Source: Mytilus californianus (taxonomy: Eukaryota). Taken from it: DNA of 64,000 nucleotides. A program made the position numbers and the translations under genes. The notes beneath the pieces are model-generated. The model saw only the letters and a program-made list of their open reading frames with translations, did not search any database and was not told the origin of the DNA. Below are positions 1 through 12,724 of this stretch, one piece after another (position 1 is the first letter of the stretch; each line of letters begins with the position of its first letter). The stretch lies in the NCBI RefSeq assembly GCF_021869535.1, contig NW_026262679.1, positions 28,954,001 through 29,018,000 on the forward strand. Reading direction: 5' to 3'.

Positions 1-1500
1 AAATCTATTCCTATGTTTAGATTGTTCAATTCCTTTACTAGATCATTGATAAATATTGAAAAAAGTGTCGGTGATAAATTGTCCCCCTGTTTCTCTCCGG
101 ATTTACAGTTAAACCAGCTTGTAAGTTTGCCATTTAATCGAACACAGGATTCAGAATTCTGATAAATGCTTTTCACATAGTTGTACAGTTTGCCATCAAT
201 GTTGTGTAGTTTATACAGCATCATATCCCTGTCTATGAAGTCAAAACATTTTCATAGATCAATAAACGCTACAAAAAGAGACTTATTATTTCGGACAATA
301 CTATTCAGTGTGTAAATGTGATCCTCAAAAGATCGATTTTTTCTGAAACCGTTCTCTTCGGCTGCGAGTTTATCCTGATTGTCTAAGTAATACGTAATTC
401 GCTTATTAATGAAAGCACTATACAATTTACTTATACACGATAGCAGACTAACACCTCTGTAGTTCATTGGCAGCCGTTCATCTGAAGAAGTATCCTTTAG
501 TATAGGACAAATAACAGCTTTCCTCACTATTGATGGTATAAGGCTAGTGTCTAAAATGAGCTGAAACAGCTGTAATAATGTCTCAATCACTATAGGGAAT
601 TTCATAACACTGTATGGAATTTCATCGAAACCACTCGCAGACTTTGATTTGGCGTGCATAACGATATTGTCATATTTCATCTAAAGTAATGTTACGGTTA
701 AAATATTCATTCGGAACAAATAGCGGGTCATCCATATTAGTATCTTATTGATAATTGTGAGACTTTGCACGATCGTAATGTTCATCATCAAACTCGTCAC
801 TGTTGCTTCCGTTGTATAAATTTTCAAAGTCTATTTGCCACTTATCCAACACTACCTGTTTATCTTTTACAATATTAACCATTTCATCGACATGTATAGA
901 CTTTGAATTTCTCGGACCAAGGTTGGGAATTTTGTCCAAAAGTCATTCGGATTCTTCGTAGTCATTGATTCAATATCTACAGTTTTCATTCTCCTATAAG
1001 TTTTCATTCTCCTATATGCTCGCTCGGTTCGCTGCAATGTTTTATCGAAAATATCTCGTGCTTGTATGTAGTTGTTCCGTAATGCCGCTCTAATAATACG
1101 ATTTATACCTTTCTATCGAGTAAATTCTTTCTCCTTAGTTGTCATTTTGTTCAAGAGGTCCATTAAATAGTCATTCCAATACGGTTTTTTTTCTGCTTGA
1201 AACGTTTTTTTGAGCTGTTCAACTCGACTTTCGGAATCTTGTCGGTCATTTCAGAAAAATTAATTGAGCACAATTCAGTGTAAATTTTATCAACATTGTC
1301 CCGAGTTTCTCTGCAACGTTCGATCTGTTCTATTAAATTCAGTAAGGCAGTACGTTTAATTGTATGTTATATCGATTATTTAATCTGATTTTTGTTTGAT
1401 TGTATGTAGTATCGATATTGTGTTCTAGAGTTTTTTTGGTTGTCTGTAATATCTATATTGCATTCTGAGTTATTTTATTACATAGGTAATATCAAAGTTA
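1..1500 (-). mobile_element. Degraded non-LTR retrotransposon (LINE) ORF2 fragment, RT region (RTE-X/CR1-L2-like); runs off the window start
   Basis: ORF 252..680 has RT N-terminal motifs (NYRGVSLLS, ENGFRKNRS..DH, FVAFIDL). The frame continues past a TGA into KCFDFIDRD and later QGDNLSPTLFSIFINDL. A PYWND-type EN-RT linker lies near 1170-1200. Several stops and frameshifts; left boundary of the element approximate. Confidence 0.9.
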
Positions 1501-2911
1501 TAATCAGTTGAAATGCAACAAGTGTTTTGTTTAATTAGCATTATACCGACCTACTTGAAGTAAGTATATCTTATGGCTTTATGGTAATATCATTTATCTA
1601 ACAGCTAAACGTTTGTTTTAATGAAGTACAAGGGTGACTTGGGTAACATGGACTTCTTCCATCCGGTATTTAAACCCAGAGGAAGGTTGGTGCTGCGTTG
1701 ATTTGGCGGTGAGGATGTATAAGCTGCGTACCGTCAAAAATGGAAATTAAACCCAAAATCGTTTTGGAAGAGTGTCAAACTCTCGATATATTAAAAATCA
1801 CTTGCATCAAGCCTTTAAAGGGACATAAGGTTGTCTGTTGTGATTCATTTCTGTAACATCCCTCTTTTTTCAGTGGCAGCTCAAATGTACTGCTCTAATC
1901 CCGGTCATACTTCTTTGCAGAACTTATCTGTTGGATTTAATTTTAATTTGTTGAAATATTTCCGATCGGACGGTTAATTTCACGACCATTGAATTACCCT
2001 AAGCCTTGAAGATTTGTATATAGTATAGCATTCATAGTTCATTGAAAAACATGTTTTTTCTGAGTAACAAGATTAAATTTCACGCCTTCAAATGCATCGT
2101 TATTTTTATTTATTGACTCTATGAAAAATTTAAAGCGCTTGAGTATCCGGAATTCTCTGTATAAAAAATATAATTAGAAATTAGAAAAAAAATTGACATG
2201 TTAGCGCCTTACATGTTTTTATCTGAAGTTGAGATATTGACACAGTTTCATTAAGAGTTGGAATTCGTGCATTCAGAGTGGTACTTTGATTGAAGTAATG
2301 AACATCTATTTACTGATAAAACATTTTTGAATTTCCAAAATTTTACAGAGAGTGAACAAGAAACTGGTAAAGTTAAATGGTTTGATCTGGTGAACTGGTT
2401 AGTTCTAGTGCATTTAAATGAGCAAAGACTAAGCCATGAATCAAACGTTTAATGTCTGCTTTTCTTGTACTTTTAAAACGTTCATTACTATTGGTTTTCA
2501 AATAATATTGCTGAAAAACAAATATATAACATTAATTGTACATTATTGGAAACTGGATGACAAAAACCAAATGAAACCCCACTCGCTCACCTGTCAATTT
2601 AGCATAACATTTGTACAATGAAATGGGAATATTTCAAATACTTTCCAGAAAAAAAAACACAAACAAATTATATAATCCGTCAAAGGCAATAACTCCTATA
2701 AGAGATTTAAAATAACTGTCGGAGTCCGAGTACGAGCAAGACTACAAATCATACAGGTAACCTATAGGGGTGATCTCAAATTAATTTGTACCTTAATTAA
2801 TTTTACCGTGTTCCATCTTTGCGTTGAAATGTTATAGGACAAAACCATTCATCAAATTGATTTTTTTTACTGAAGGGTTGAAGATTGCGCTTTTTCATTT
2901 ACTCTTTCTGT

Positions 2912-3126
2912 CAGGATCTGCTTACCCTTCCGGAGCACCTGAGATCACCCCCAGTTTGTGGTGGGGTTCGTGTTGTTCAGTCTCCAGTTTTCTATGTTGT
3001 GTTTTGTGTACTGTTGTTTGTCTGTTGGTCTTTTTCTTTTTTCGTTTTTAGCCATGACATTGTCAGTTTATTTTTTTACTTATGAGTTTAAATATCCCTT
3101 TGGTATCTTACGCTTCTCTTTTTTAA
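2912..3126 (+). repeat. Dispersed repeat, likely the 3' end/pLTR of a Penelope-like element family
   Basis: GATCTGCTTACCCTTCCGGAGCACCTGAGATCACCCC... is homologous to 37579..37780. A short copy (~37255-37285) directly follows the PLE RT fragment at 36060-37200. Confidence 0.7.
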
Positions 3127-3510
3127 CAGATTTGTTTAGAATTTTAAGATTTTCACAAGAATCTTTTGCTCCTGTTATATGATCACTTACATCGGTGTAC
3201 ATTCTCTATTCTATTAAAAAAAACATTTTCTAAGTTAAATGGTCCTCTCCAAACTGATGAACCATTTAAAGGGAATTGAATAAAACTATTGTAAGTAAAC
3301 CTTCATTGTAAGTCATTCCAATCATCCTCCCTGTCAAGTTAGCTAGCAATTGTTTGTCTGATTTTAGAAGTGTACAATTAAGTACAGCTCTTTATAAGAA
3401 CCAGGCAGAGTGTGATATATGAGGGTTTCAGATTTTTCTATAAATTGCCTGGTAGAAGCAGTAATTGAATATCGCTCAAAAAGTAAAATTTAAGTGGGAC
3501 ATTATGAGTG

Positions 3511-3524
3511 GTTGCCATGGTAAC
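3511..3524. promoter_or_regulatory. RFX X-box-like palindrome GTTGCCATGGTAAC
   Basis: Matches the GTTNCCATGGNAAC consensus; sequence match only, inside a TE. Confidence 0.4.
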
Positions 3525-4067
3525 GGACACTCTAATTTTTGGTAGTTAAGCGTGGCAAAATCTTTTAAAATTCAGCTAAATCACTACAATTCAGAGCCTG
3601 ATTATGAATAGAAACAAACTTTTTTCAGAAATTTTCTATATAACATTGATATAACTTGGTTTAAGCTTCACTTTAGTTAAGATTGCAGTTCAACCAAATT
3701 TGTAGATTTTTTTTTTAAGTTTACCAAAAAATGCATATTTTCAACTTTTCTGAATCGTGGATTTTTGTTAAATTATAAAATTTTCTCGTGTGTTTTTCTG
3801 AAAAGTGCAAATGTGTACAGTATAGTTAGTATTGTAGTAACTTAGTTTGAATACTACTTTACCAAAATAAATAGACAAATGCGTGGGACTCTCTTTAATT
3901 TTATCACCATAGCAACCTATTTTTTCCTTGGAAACGGAGTTATTATTTGTGGAATTCTGCAGTATAAGGAATTAAATGTCCTTATTTGTTTCCAAACCTT
4001 TAAAAAAATACATAGAAGCATATATACTCTAACTCTAAGTTACCATCGTTAAGTATTGTTAACAACA

Positions 4068-4081
4068 GTTACCATGGAAAC
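4068..4081. promoter_or_regulatory. RFX X-box-like palindrome GTTACCATGGAAAC
   Basis: Second consensus match in the same TE arm; sequence match only. Confidence 0.4.
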
Positions 4082-5202
4082 AAATATCACCCATAACAAC
4101 ATCAATTCAAAAGATATATCAATGGAATTTTATGTAAAAAAATACATATGTAAATGATGTTGAATTTTGTACTGGGAATACAACTGCATGTTATGCTTTG
4201 TTTCATTCACAGTCCTGTCTGTGCTTTTTGAGAAGGTTCAACAAAATTGAATATATACAATGAGGCATTGAGGGGGGGGGGGGGGGGTATTTTTTTAAAT
4301 CTTTCATAGATCCTTATAAGGAAAATTGCTACAACGTTTAGTCAGGTTTTGTTCAGAGTTTTCAATCTGATAATCAATTCATGAAAAGTTACTAACAGAT
4401 GATGGACTTCATGGGGATTGCAATAGCCCATTCTAGCTTTAGGCAAGGTCCATATGTTTATTGAAAGTATTGCTCTGGCATTAAAATGTCCTTTACCAGT
4501 TTAATAAATTAAGAAATTTTGGCAAAATTATCAATTTCCTAGGTCAATAACTCTCACAAATTTAATCCCATCAGCAAGAAACTTAAACTTGAAATTTCAC
4601 TTATGATTATAAGCTTACAAACCAAAAATAGAAACATTTGGTCAAAGCATTTCCATACTGAAACTGAAGTGTTATGGACAGACGAATGGACAGACAGACC
4701 AAGTGAAAACCTATAAAGTCGGTGGTGACGAAAAAAACCCCCAAAAATGAAAAGTCAATTGGGCACGGTAGATATCAGAAGCCCAGTCATGGACTTCTGT
4801 TGATATCTATTAACATATCATAAACAACTCGTGTGTTGTAATACTATTCCGCAATTGCGCTTATCTCGGAATTCCGAGATAAACGAAGAGCTAAATCTGC
4901 TTAGTTGGAATTGCGCTTATCCTTGAAAAATAATTACGCTATAATGGGCAAAATTATACCAAACAAATAAATTGTATTAATTATGCATTATTCATAGCAA
5001 TGCACCGTATAATTTCATGGTTCCGGCAGCATTAGATTTTTGTTAAGGGGAAGGATGGGGGTTTAGCTGAAGCACACATTTAATCCCTCTGAAATTTTCA
5101 CTTACCTGTTGTTTGCGTTGTGAAAGAAAAACGTACATAGCAAGATTCTTAAATCAGATATAATCCAGTGCTGCCCCGCCCCTTCTATACAGCAGTATAT
5201 AT

Positions 5203-6378
5203 CATAGTTGCCAAGTGACATGATATTCGCGTGTAATACACGCTTTTTCAACGGTTTACACGCGAGGATTTTGTCACATGGTGTGTACACGCTTTTCACC
5301 ACTTTACACGCAATTACACGCTTTTTCGTTGTTTTGATTTTTTGGTCGTTAGTGATATCGCGATTCTCGGGTTTTTTCATTAATACACGATAAATACCGA
5401 AAATTCCGAAGTAATTGTTTAGACGCCATTGTTTTTTTTTCTATCATGATGGACGAACAGCAAAGGCTCTTAAAGGTAAGTAGTTTGTGATTAGTTTTTA
5501 CGATTTTGTGACAATCTTTCTTTCAAATTCACTTAGGGGAAATGTCCACAGAAAGAGGTCGCTTTCAGGGCATGTACCGTCGTCTAGAGAGCCGATTGCT
5601 AAGCGAAAACGATGTGTACGTACCAAGTCCAAGATTCAAGATTTATAAATGAAACAGTTCGAGTTTAAATGATCGAGGGACGAGTAACGTATTGTGACCC
5701 TATGTTGCAATCATAACAATGCATGTGAGTTGGGAACTACAATGTAGCTATTTGATTAAACATTTAACATATCAAATTATAAAATATTTTTTTCTTTTTC
5801 TGTTTCAAATCAAGCCAACAGATTTCCACAGGCCATAGGGGATGGAAATATCACGGAACTGTTGGATCAGTTCTCATAGTACCAGCTGTCTTCTGATGAA
5901 CTACCCAGTTTGACCAGGCAATAGCAACATATATAGTTTGTTGGGAGCAATGGCAGAGATTAAAGATGACATTTAACGTTATGACACTCTTTCAAAGCTT
6001 GATAAAGCTATTTTAGTTCAGCCAAATATCAATTCTGACTGTGAGAGAACATTTTCAATTATAAAGAAATTAACACTGAATTCTGATCAGAACTTGACAA
6101 TGATATATTGTGTGCCTTGTTATAAAGTAAAAGTAACCAAACTGGCAGTTGTTTTGAATATGTGCCTAGTGGTGTTGCTTTAAAAGCAGCAAAACAGACC
6201 ACTGTTGAATACAATAAAAGTTTACAGTTGAATATTGTTTCTTATATTTAATAACAAATTTGTATAATGTGAAATTATGAACATTGTTCACATTAAAAAG
6301 TTCGCATCTACGTCACGCGTTTTCACACGCTTTTTGACATGTCATGTCATGTCATGACATGATTTCTCATTGTCAGAG
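5203..6378 (+). mobile_element. Internally deleted hAT transposon
   Basis: ~5860-6230 translates to a hAT C-terminal dimerization-like segment (RYDTLSKLDKAILVQPNINSDCERTFSIIKK). An 8-bp direct repeat GTATATAT lies at 5195-5202 and 6379-6386. The left end is CATAGTTGCCAA, and TACACGC/CACACGC subterminal repeats occur at both ends. The right TIR is degenerate. Confidence 0.65.
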
Positions 6379-6659
6379 GTATATATAAAGTTTGAATATT
6401 TAGGTGTAGTTGGCTCAAGATGGATTTTGGAAATAATTGGATGATTATTTTCATACTGTTTCAGTTTTTTTATGTTCATTATAATATAAAGAAACAAAAT
6501 AAATAAATATACATTTACAAGTGGTAATAAAATTTGAAAATTCAGAATTTTATGCCATTTTAAGGGCCTTTTCCCTCTCAATTTTGGACAGGATATGACA
6601 TTGAAGAATGTATAAGAGCAAAATGCAGTTATATGACTGTTCACATGAATCAAATGAAT

Positions 6660-8844
6660 CATTTTTGAAAAATAAATGTGTAAAAATTATTTGATTACTA
6701 AAAATTCTCTTTTTCGTTGATTTGTTTGTCAATTTGTAAATTAAGAATAAACGTTCACTCTTTAAAAATCGAGATCAAACCATATAGATAGATATCAGCG
6801 TCTTTGTTTAAATTGCCCACTTGGTTAAGTTTAGGATGGGCTTCATTTTTTCTTACAATGCTCACTTTATGATATCAAAAGAGAAGATATTTTTCAATAC
6901 ATTTCTAAAATTTGTTATAATTTTAAAAACTTAAATAAATCTTCCAAATTTTTATGGCTCATGACACAAGAAAATGTATCTCTTATGGAAAAAAATGGGC
7001 TGTTATATTGGAGAGTGTTTTGAATTAAGGAGATCAGGTATGAATATTGATACTAAGTCTAGTAAATTATTTGAGAATGAATGCATATAATGTAATTTTA
7101 TTATTTCATTGTGCATTCACAATATATATTGTTGTTGGCTCTGGTTCTGACCAATGCTAATATACTAAATATACATTTACATGTACACTGTGATGTTTAT
7201 TGTTGTAATTATCAATTATGACAATCAATTGTAACTGAGTTTATCCCCTTTATGGGCGGTCTTTAAAAACACCGCAAAGGACCTCTTTTGTGCACAAAGG
7301 AGGACAATGTAGCACAAAGGACCACAAAGGAGTTTAATAAGAGCACAAAGGACTTTTAATTGTGTTTATAATGGGGGAAAAAGTCATTTCATACGAAAAA
7401 AATATTTATTTTTATTAAAAACTAGCGTTAAATCGCTAAATTGAAGATTTACGAAACCGTGTTCAAAAATCGGTACGGATATGCATAAGATTACGGCATT
7501 TTTTAGATTATCAATTATCGAAGATTTTATTATACATATATATTTTAAAATATTGCAAAACATGAACTTAAAAATAAATGCTTGATATTAAACAGAAAAA
7601 AAAAAGTTGTTTGTCAAAATTTCAATTCCACAAATAATAACTAATTGTATAATGAGGACTTCATTGCGCTTGGCATTAACATAGAGGAATTCTTTACAAT
7701 TTATTATCAGTGTTAATAAAGCAGTCTTTAAAAACAAGGAAACTATTTCAGATACAACTATTTGTTCTTAATATTTGAAAATAAAACAAAATGAAACTTC
7801 AGAAGTATGCAAAATTAATATAGATCACACAAGAGGTGATCAAAGACATCGTTTATTGATGTAAAAAGGGGAAAGTAGAAACCAATGTACTCAAAAGTTT
7901 ATAAGAAATATAGAATGAGAAAGTTCTTTTATAGAACAAAAATGCATTTTTAATTGCGACGGTTAAAATTTCTTACTTTGTTGTTTATTTATGTGTGAAA
8001 TATGTTAAAACACAAATAGCAGAATGTAAATTTCATAAACTTCTCGTTAAAAGAACCATTTTTTTTTACCCAATTTTCATTTCAAATTGTAATTTTTCAT
8101 TTATCAGGCTACTAAAATAACAAAATTTAGATGATGGTTGTATGTCAACGACACAAATAACCAAAAGACAGTATGAACAGTCCATGTTTTATTGCGTCGT
8201 GTGTATACTTTTCGTTTCTCATAGCAATTTAAGATTCGTTAAGTAAGACAATTTCGGTAGATATTTTGTTTTTGTAAAGAATAAAACAAAGTGCATATTG
8301 ACGTTTTTAAAATACGGATTATAAAATTCCTGTCAATTTCATAGCCTAAGAATTGCCATACTGATTCTTTTTCCTCTTGTCAAACATTTTCCTCGTAAAC
8401 CTGATAGATTCATAAAGTAAGAAAAATTTGCTAGATACTTTGTTTTTGTCCAGAATAAATGTTGATAAAAAAAGTGTTTATTGATATTTCTGAACTACTG
8501 ATTATTTAATTACTATGTATAAATTCAAAAACATATGCTATGACATAAACCGGATATAAACGATCCGGTACCAGTGATTACACCAAGTCGTACATAATAG
8601 AAATCGCAATTTTCATGATTTTCAAAATAAGTTGTTGACATTTTTCTACAGAAATTACATTATTTCCTTGCAAAAAAGCTAATTGCGGGTCCTTTGTGCT
8701 CTTATTACACTCCTTTGTGGTCCTTTGTGCTACATTGTGCTCCTTTGTGAACAAAGGAGGTCCTTTGCGGTGTTTTTAGAGACCCCTTTATGGGCCCTGT
8801 AATTTGGGAAATAAAAATATTCTATTATATTCTATTCTATTCTA
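6660..8844 (+). mobile_element. 3' fragment of a LINE (C-terminal CCHC region, 3' UTR, AATAAA, (TTCTA)n tail) interrupted by a Mutator-like element
   Basis: Degraded translation ICKLRI..HSLKIE...RLCLNC...HFFLQCSLYDIKREDIF...KFLWLMTQEN. Removing 7258-8795 joins the UTR to GGGAAATAAAAATATTCTATT...(TTCTA)n. Confidence 0.75.
7258..8784. mobile_element. Non-autonomous Mutator-like (MULE) element, 1527 bp
   Basis: ~95-bp TIRs beginning GGTC with five internal CAAAGGA repeats each. An 11-bp direct repeat CCTTTATGGGC lies at 7247-7257 and 8785-8795. No internal ORF. Superfamily inferred from the long TIR, G terminus and 9-11-bp TSD. Confidence 0.8.
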
Positions 8845-9279
8845 ATTATCTATATAAATCATATTTGTTTTTTTATAAATTGTTTTGTTATAAAGTAGAC
8901 AGTTAGTTTTCTCAATTGAATTGTTTATATTTTTCGTGTCGGGTCCTTTTATAGATGTTTGAGCAAAATTCACTTACTACTTCTACCAGGCAATTTATAG
9001 AAAAAAATTGGAACCCTCATATATCACATGTATATTGCACTCTGCCTGGTTCTTATAAAGAGCTGTACTTAAGTCTGACGGAGAACCAAACGACGCTTCT
9101 TTTTTCAAATACACAAATTCAGTTCGACAGTAGCCTTTTTAAATTTGTTTATTGACAAATCAGTTGAAAGAGTATCCTATGTTAGCTTTTCTTCAAACAA
9201 TTTTAGAAAGAAAAAATAAAATTGAGCCCAAACGATACAAACGGTGACTGACGCAAAATGATGACTAACTTCACCCATT

Positions 9280-10214
9280 ACGTAGATCAAAATGATAAAG
9301 AAAAGGAAGAAGCTGTTTTGTTATAAATTTTTCATATGTTTCATGGTTCTTCCGAACCAATTTCATCAAAGGTTCCTTTTTCCTTTTTTTGACAGGGTTT
9401 TTCTTTTGTTGCAGATTTGCAGGAGCATTGATGTTATCTGCAGGAGCAATGATGTTATCTGCAGGAACATTGATGTTATCTGATATTGGAATTTCTGTAA
9501 CGTATGCAATGAAATCTGCATGGTGAGGCCCATTATCCACTTTGCAAGTTCATGTTCCACTACTGCTCTCACAGGAATAGGTACATTTCATCTTTCTTTG
9601 TCTTGATGATATTCTATGAGCTTCTTTTTCATTTTTTGACTTTCAGAAGTTCTTTCCAATCAAAAAAAAAGAAAATTACTTTCAGCAGAAAACAGTTATC
9701 ACAACATAACACAACACACCACAACACAACACAACGCACAAACATAAAAACACCCCTCAACATAAATAAAGGAAAATAACAAGAATTTTTAACATGCTCA
9801 AATGTGAATAAAACATAAAGGGGAAATTTTCTATAATAGCAAAAATATCTGATAAGCTATTTTCATGTTAAAAGGATGTACTTATCACTTAACCAAAACA
9901 AATATGCCGAAAGAATTAAAAGGAACAGAGATAGCTGTTAATATAACCACCTAAAAAATCAGAAAAGATTCAGGAAAATGAATATATACTAACTCTAAAG
10001 AAACATTGTTGAACTTTTCTTGTTGAGTAACCAAAAGTTCGCCAAGTTTCGTCTGCAGACGAATTTTCAATTGTTTTACTGCTGATGTCATATAAAGATG
10101 TTTTTCTTCTTCTGATAATTCTAGTTGGTTGGACCGCAACTCTGATACAATTTTATCCCAAGCACATGGGGTAACTGGTATGCCTTCAATAGACAAATGG
10201 TTTCGTCGACTCAT
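9280..10214 (-). pseudogene. Degraded two-exon accessory gene divergent from a PHIS transposase; product unknown
   Basis: Exon 10214-9990 (75 codons, MSRRNHLSIEG...VSLEL) ends at a GT donor. Downstream frames give KKKLIEYHQDKER*NVPIPVRAVVEHELAKW and a 21-bp PADNINA repeat. Stops and frameshifts present. Confidence 0.45.
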
Positions 10215-10329
10215 ATGGGGACAGCTTTCCTGAACTTTCTTTTCATAACGACTGAAAAAAATTTGTATGACGTTTAAAAGTTACAATTTTTACAAGCTAA
10301 CAGGAATGTGTGCGATGAAAGAAGCAAAG

Positions 10330-11300
10330 AAGCAGTGGTACAATATCTCTCTTTCCTCCCCCTTTATTATTATCTTTCTTGCCAATCGTCCTAAGAAGGC
10401 GATTTAAACTAATTCAAAATCATACCGGACACTTCTTGTTTTTATGTGATATATATTAAGAAATTTTGAAAAAAAAAAAAATTTCAAGGAATAGATATGT
10501 TTTTTTCGAGACAACGGGAGAGACATCTGAAACTATGTTAGATATTTTGAGAGATGTAGGAGTGCAATTCCATCAAAGGTGAGGCCGACCTCATAAACTT
10601 TCACCGCTGAGTCGTGCTTTTTGTTCTTTGTCTCTGCTCTTATCCGTCGTACCATTTTCCCTCTACTTTATTTGATGTCAGCGTATCGGCGGTGATGAAC
10701 GAAATAACGGTTTCTCTGGCAATTTTAAAGAAAAGTACACCCCTTTAATTCGCTGGCCAACATTAGAATAGTGGGGAAGTCTGGAGGGTGCCTGGTATTG
10801 ATTACCATCCGCGCTAACTGGAATCGACGGAATGACATCAGAAAAATATCGTCCTCAGACAGACCCATAAGAACACTATTTTTCTGGTCACAGACACTTT
10901 CATTGTATTCACACACAGGTTGTTATCAAAAATCAATGTAACATAGTTTATTGGAGTCCTCAGAACGATGCCCAACAGTTCAGATACATGCGTCAAATCG
11001 GGACAGACGAAAATCTTCCTTTCCCATTGAATATGTATATACTTGGTGATAAATCCAAAACCGCTATCCTGTTGTGACGCCGTACGCCAGACAGCAGATA
11101 ACCAGAAAGCCGGAACACTTAAAGAGAAAGTGTAGAAAGCTAAACAGAAAGAATACCGAGTTTCCGTTGAACATGTTATTGGCGAGTTGAAATCCTATAA
11201 AGTAATGGAAATTCCTTTTAGGCATCCTCGTCACAAATTTAAAGCCATTGTTGAAGTTTGTGGTAGTTTTGTCAATCGCCTAAAACAGCTTCTTAATTAA
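10330..11300 (+). pseudogene. Degraded PIF/Harbinger-ISL2EU-type (HTH_Tnp_4 + DDE_Tnp_4-like) transposase
   Basis: Frameshifted translation: FETTGETSE...YPSYHFPSTLFDVSVSAVMNEI (HTH); LTGIDG...YFSGHRHFHCIHTQV...NDAQQF...YILGDK...YPVVTPY...YRVSVEHVIGELK (DDE motifs). Confidence 0.85.
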
Positions 11301-12351
11301 TATTATAATAATTAAAGTACAATTTTTACAATATTTATATTATTTTGAGATCGCCCCAGTCATTAAACCTGTCTTCTTCTGACTCGTATTAGGACTCAGG
11401 TCGGAGTCGTACATTTCTTATCGTTTTCATTACAATTTGGACGAGACCATTTCTTTGCGCGCTCAGGTCATCAATTGACTGTGGCAGATTAGGTGAACGT
11501 TCGTCAGTAACGCCCACTTATCACGTCGTTCTTGTTATAGACATTTAAACTGTGGGATCGCCAAAGGTTCTCAACGCCTAAATAAAATAATTCGAAAAAC
11601 TAGCACAAGAATTATCCTTGTGTTTTGATTAATAGTGAATACATGTACTTTGAAAAACATTCTTTACTGGCGTGTTTGTTATGTTTTGATAAACAACTTT
11701 TATTTTTTTTTCAGACGTCTAAGCGATTTAACAATTGCGGTTGTCTAATTTTTTCACTTAGTATCTTTTAACTTTTATCTTGTCTAAATTTTTTATTTAG
11801 AACGAATGCATTATCAACTTTCAATAGTTGTGCAATTACAAAACATAGACAAAATGTACTTTCGTTCGGTCTTTTTCGTACTTGAAAGATATTGGACAGC
11901 AAAAAGCTATTTGGACCAAGCCTTTTGAAATTTGAATTTACTTATGAAATAGGAAACTGAATAGTTAGGTGTATATCGGAAATTGGAACTTTTCTGCTAA
12001 CTACTATACTCGAAAAACCCTTGGCAGCAAAAACGTATTCATGATTATGCACCGACTATTCTTCCTTTTTTGAGTGTGTGTGTGTTGTTTTTTTTTCTCT
12101 CACGCACATACATGAACATTACTTTTTTATATATTTAAATCACCACTGGAAGGTCTCTGACAGACTGAGTGAGCGTAAAATCATTGTTATCGATAGCCGA
12201 TGACAAACAAGTTAAAGGTAAATGATTCAGTATTATTAACATCATAAGTTTTACGGTTGTCCACACTGTTACGGGAATACTTCTAGTGTAAATATCTATT
12301 AGGAGTAGACTGACATGTATGTTGACTGAAAAAAATAAAATGACAAAAATA

Positions 12352-12724
12352 CAGAACTCCAAGAAATATTCCAAACGGAAAGTCCATTATAAAATGGCAA
12401 AATCGGAAGCTCAAAACACATCAAACGAATGAAAAACAACTGTCATATTCCTGACTTGGTACGGGCGTTTCCTTATGTAGGAAATGGAGGATTTAACCTG
12501 GTTTTTTAGCTAGCTAAACGTCTCACTTGTATGCCAGTCATATGATTGACAACAATGTGTGAGCAAAACAAACAGACATAATAGGTAAAAATGTCAGAAA
12601 TTGGGGTACAACAGTTCACATGGTGTTATAATCTTAATCACTATAAAAACAAATAAATATTTCAACAAAGAAAAACAAAACGGCATATAGACAAAGTACA
12701 TAAGCAAAAATGAAAGACAAGAAT
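12352..12724 (+). repeat. Dispersed non-coding repeat; fragments of similar sequence near 40820-40890 and, inverted, 43440-43620
   Basis: Shares AAATGGCAAAATC..AAGCTC..AACACATCAAACG and CCTGACTTGG modules with other window repeats; class not determined. Confidence 0.5.

Larger units (their letters stand above)
3382..9068. mobile_element. Putative non-autonomous DNA transposon with ~100-bp TIRs flanked by TTAA, carrying nested insertions
   Basis: 3382 onward (GTACAGCTCTTTATAAGAACCAGGCAGAGTG...TATAAATTGCCTGGTAGAAG) is the reverse complement of ~8960-9068. TTAA lies at 3378-3381 and 9069-9072. The two ends could also be independent fragments. Confidence 0.55.

Noticed and set aside
4272-4287. 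G16 run as a functional G-quadruplex
   Set aside because: An isolated homopolymer with no other support.
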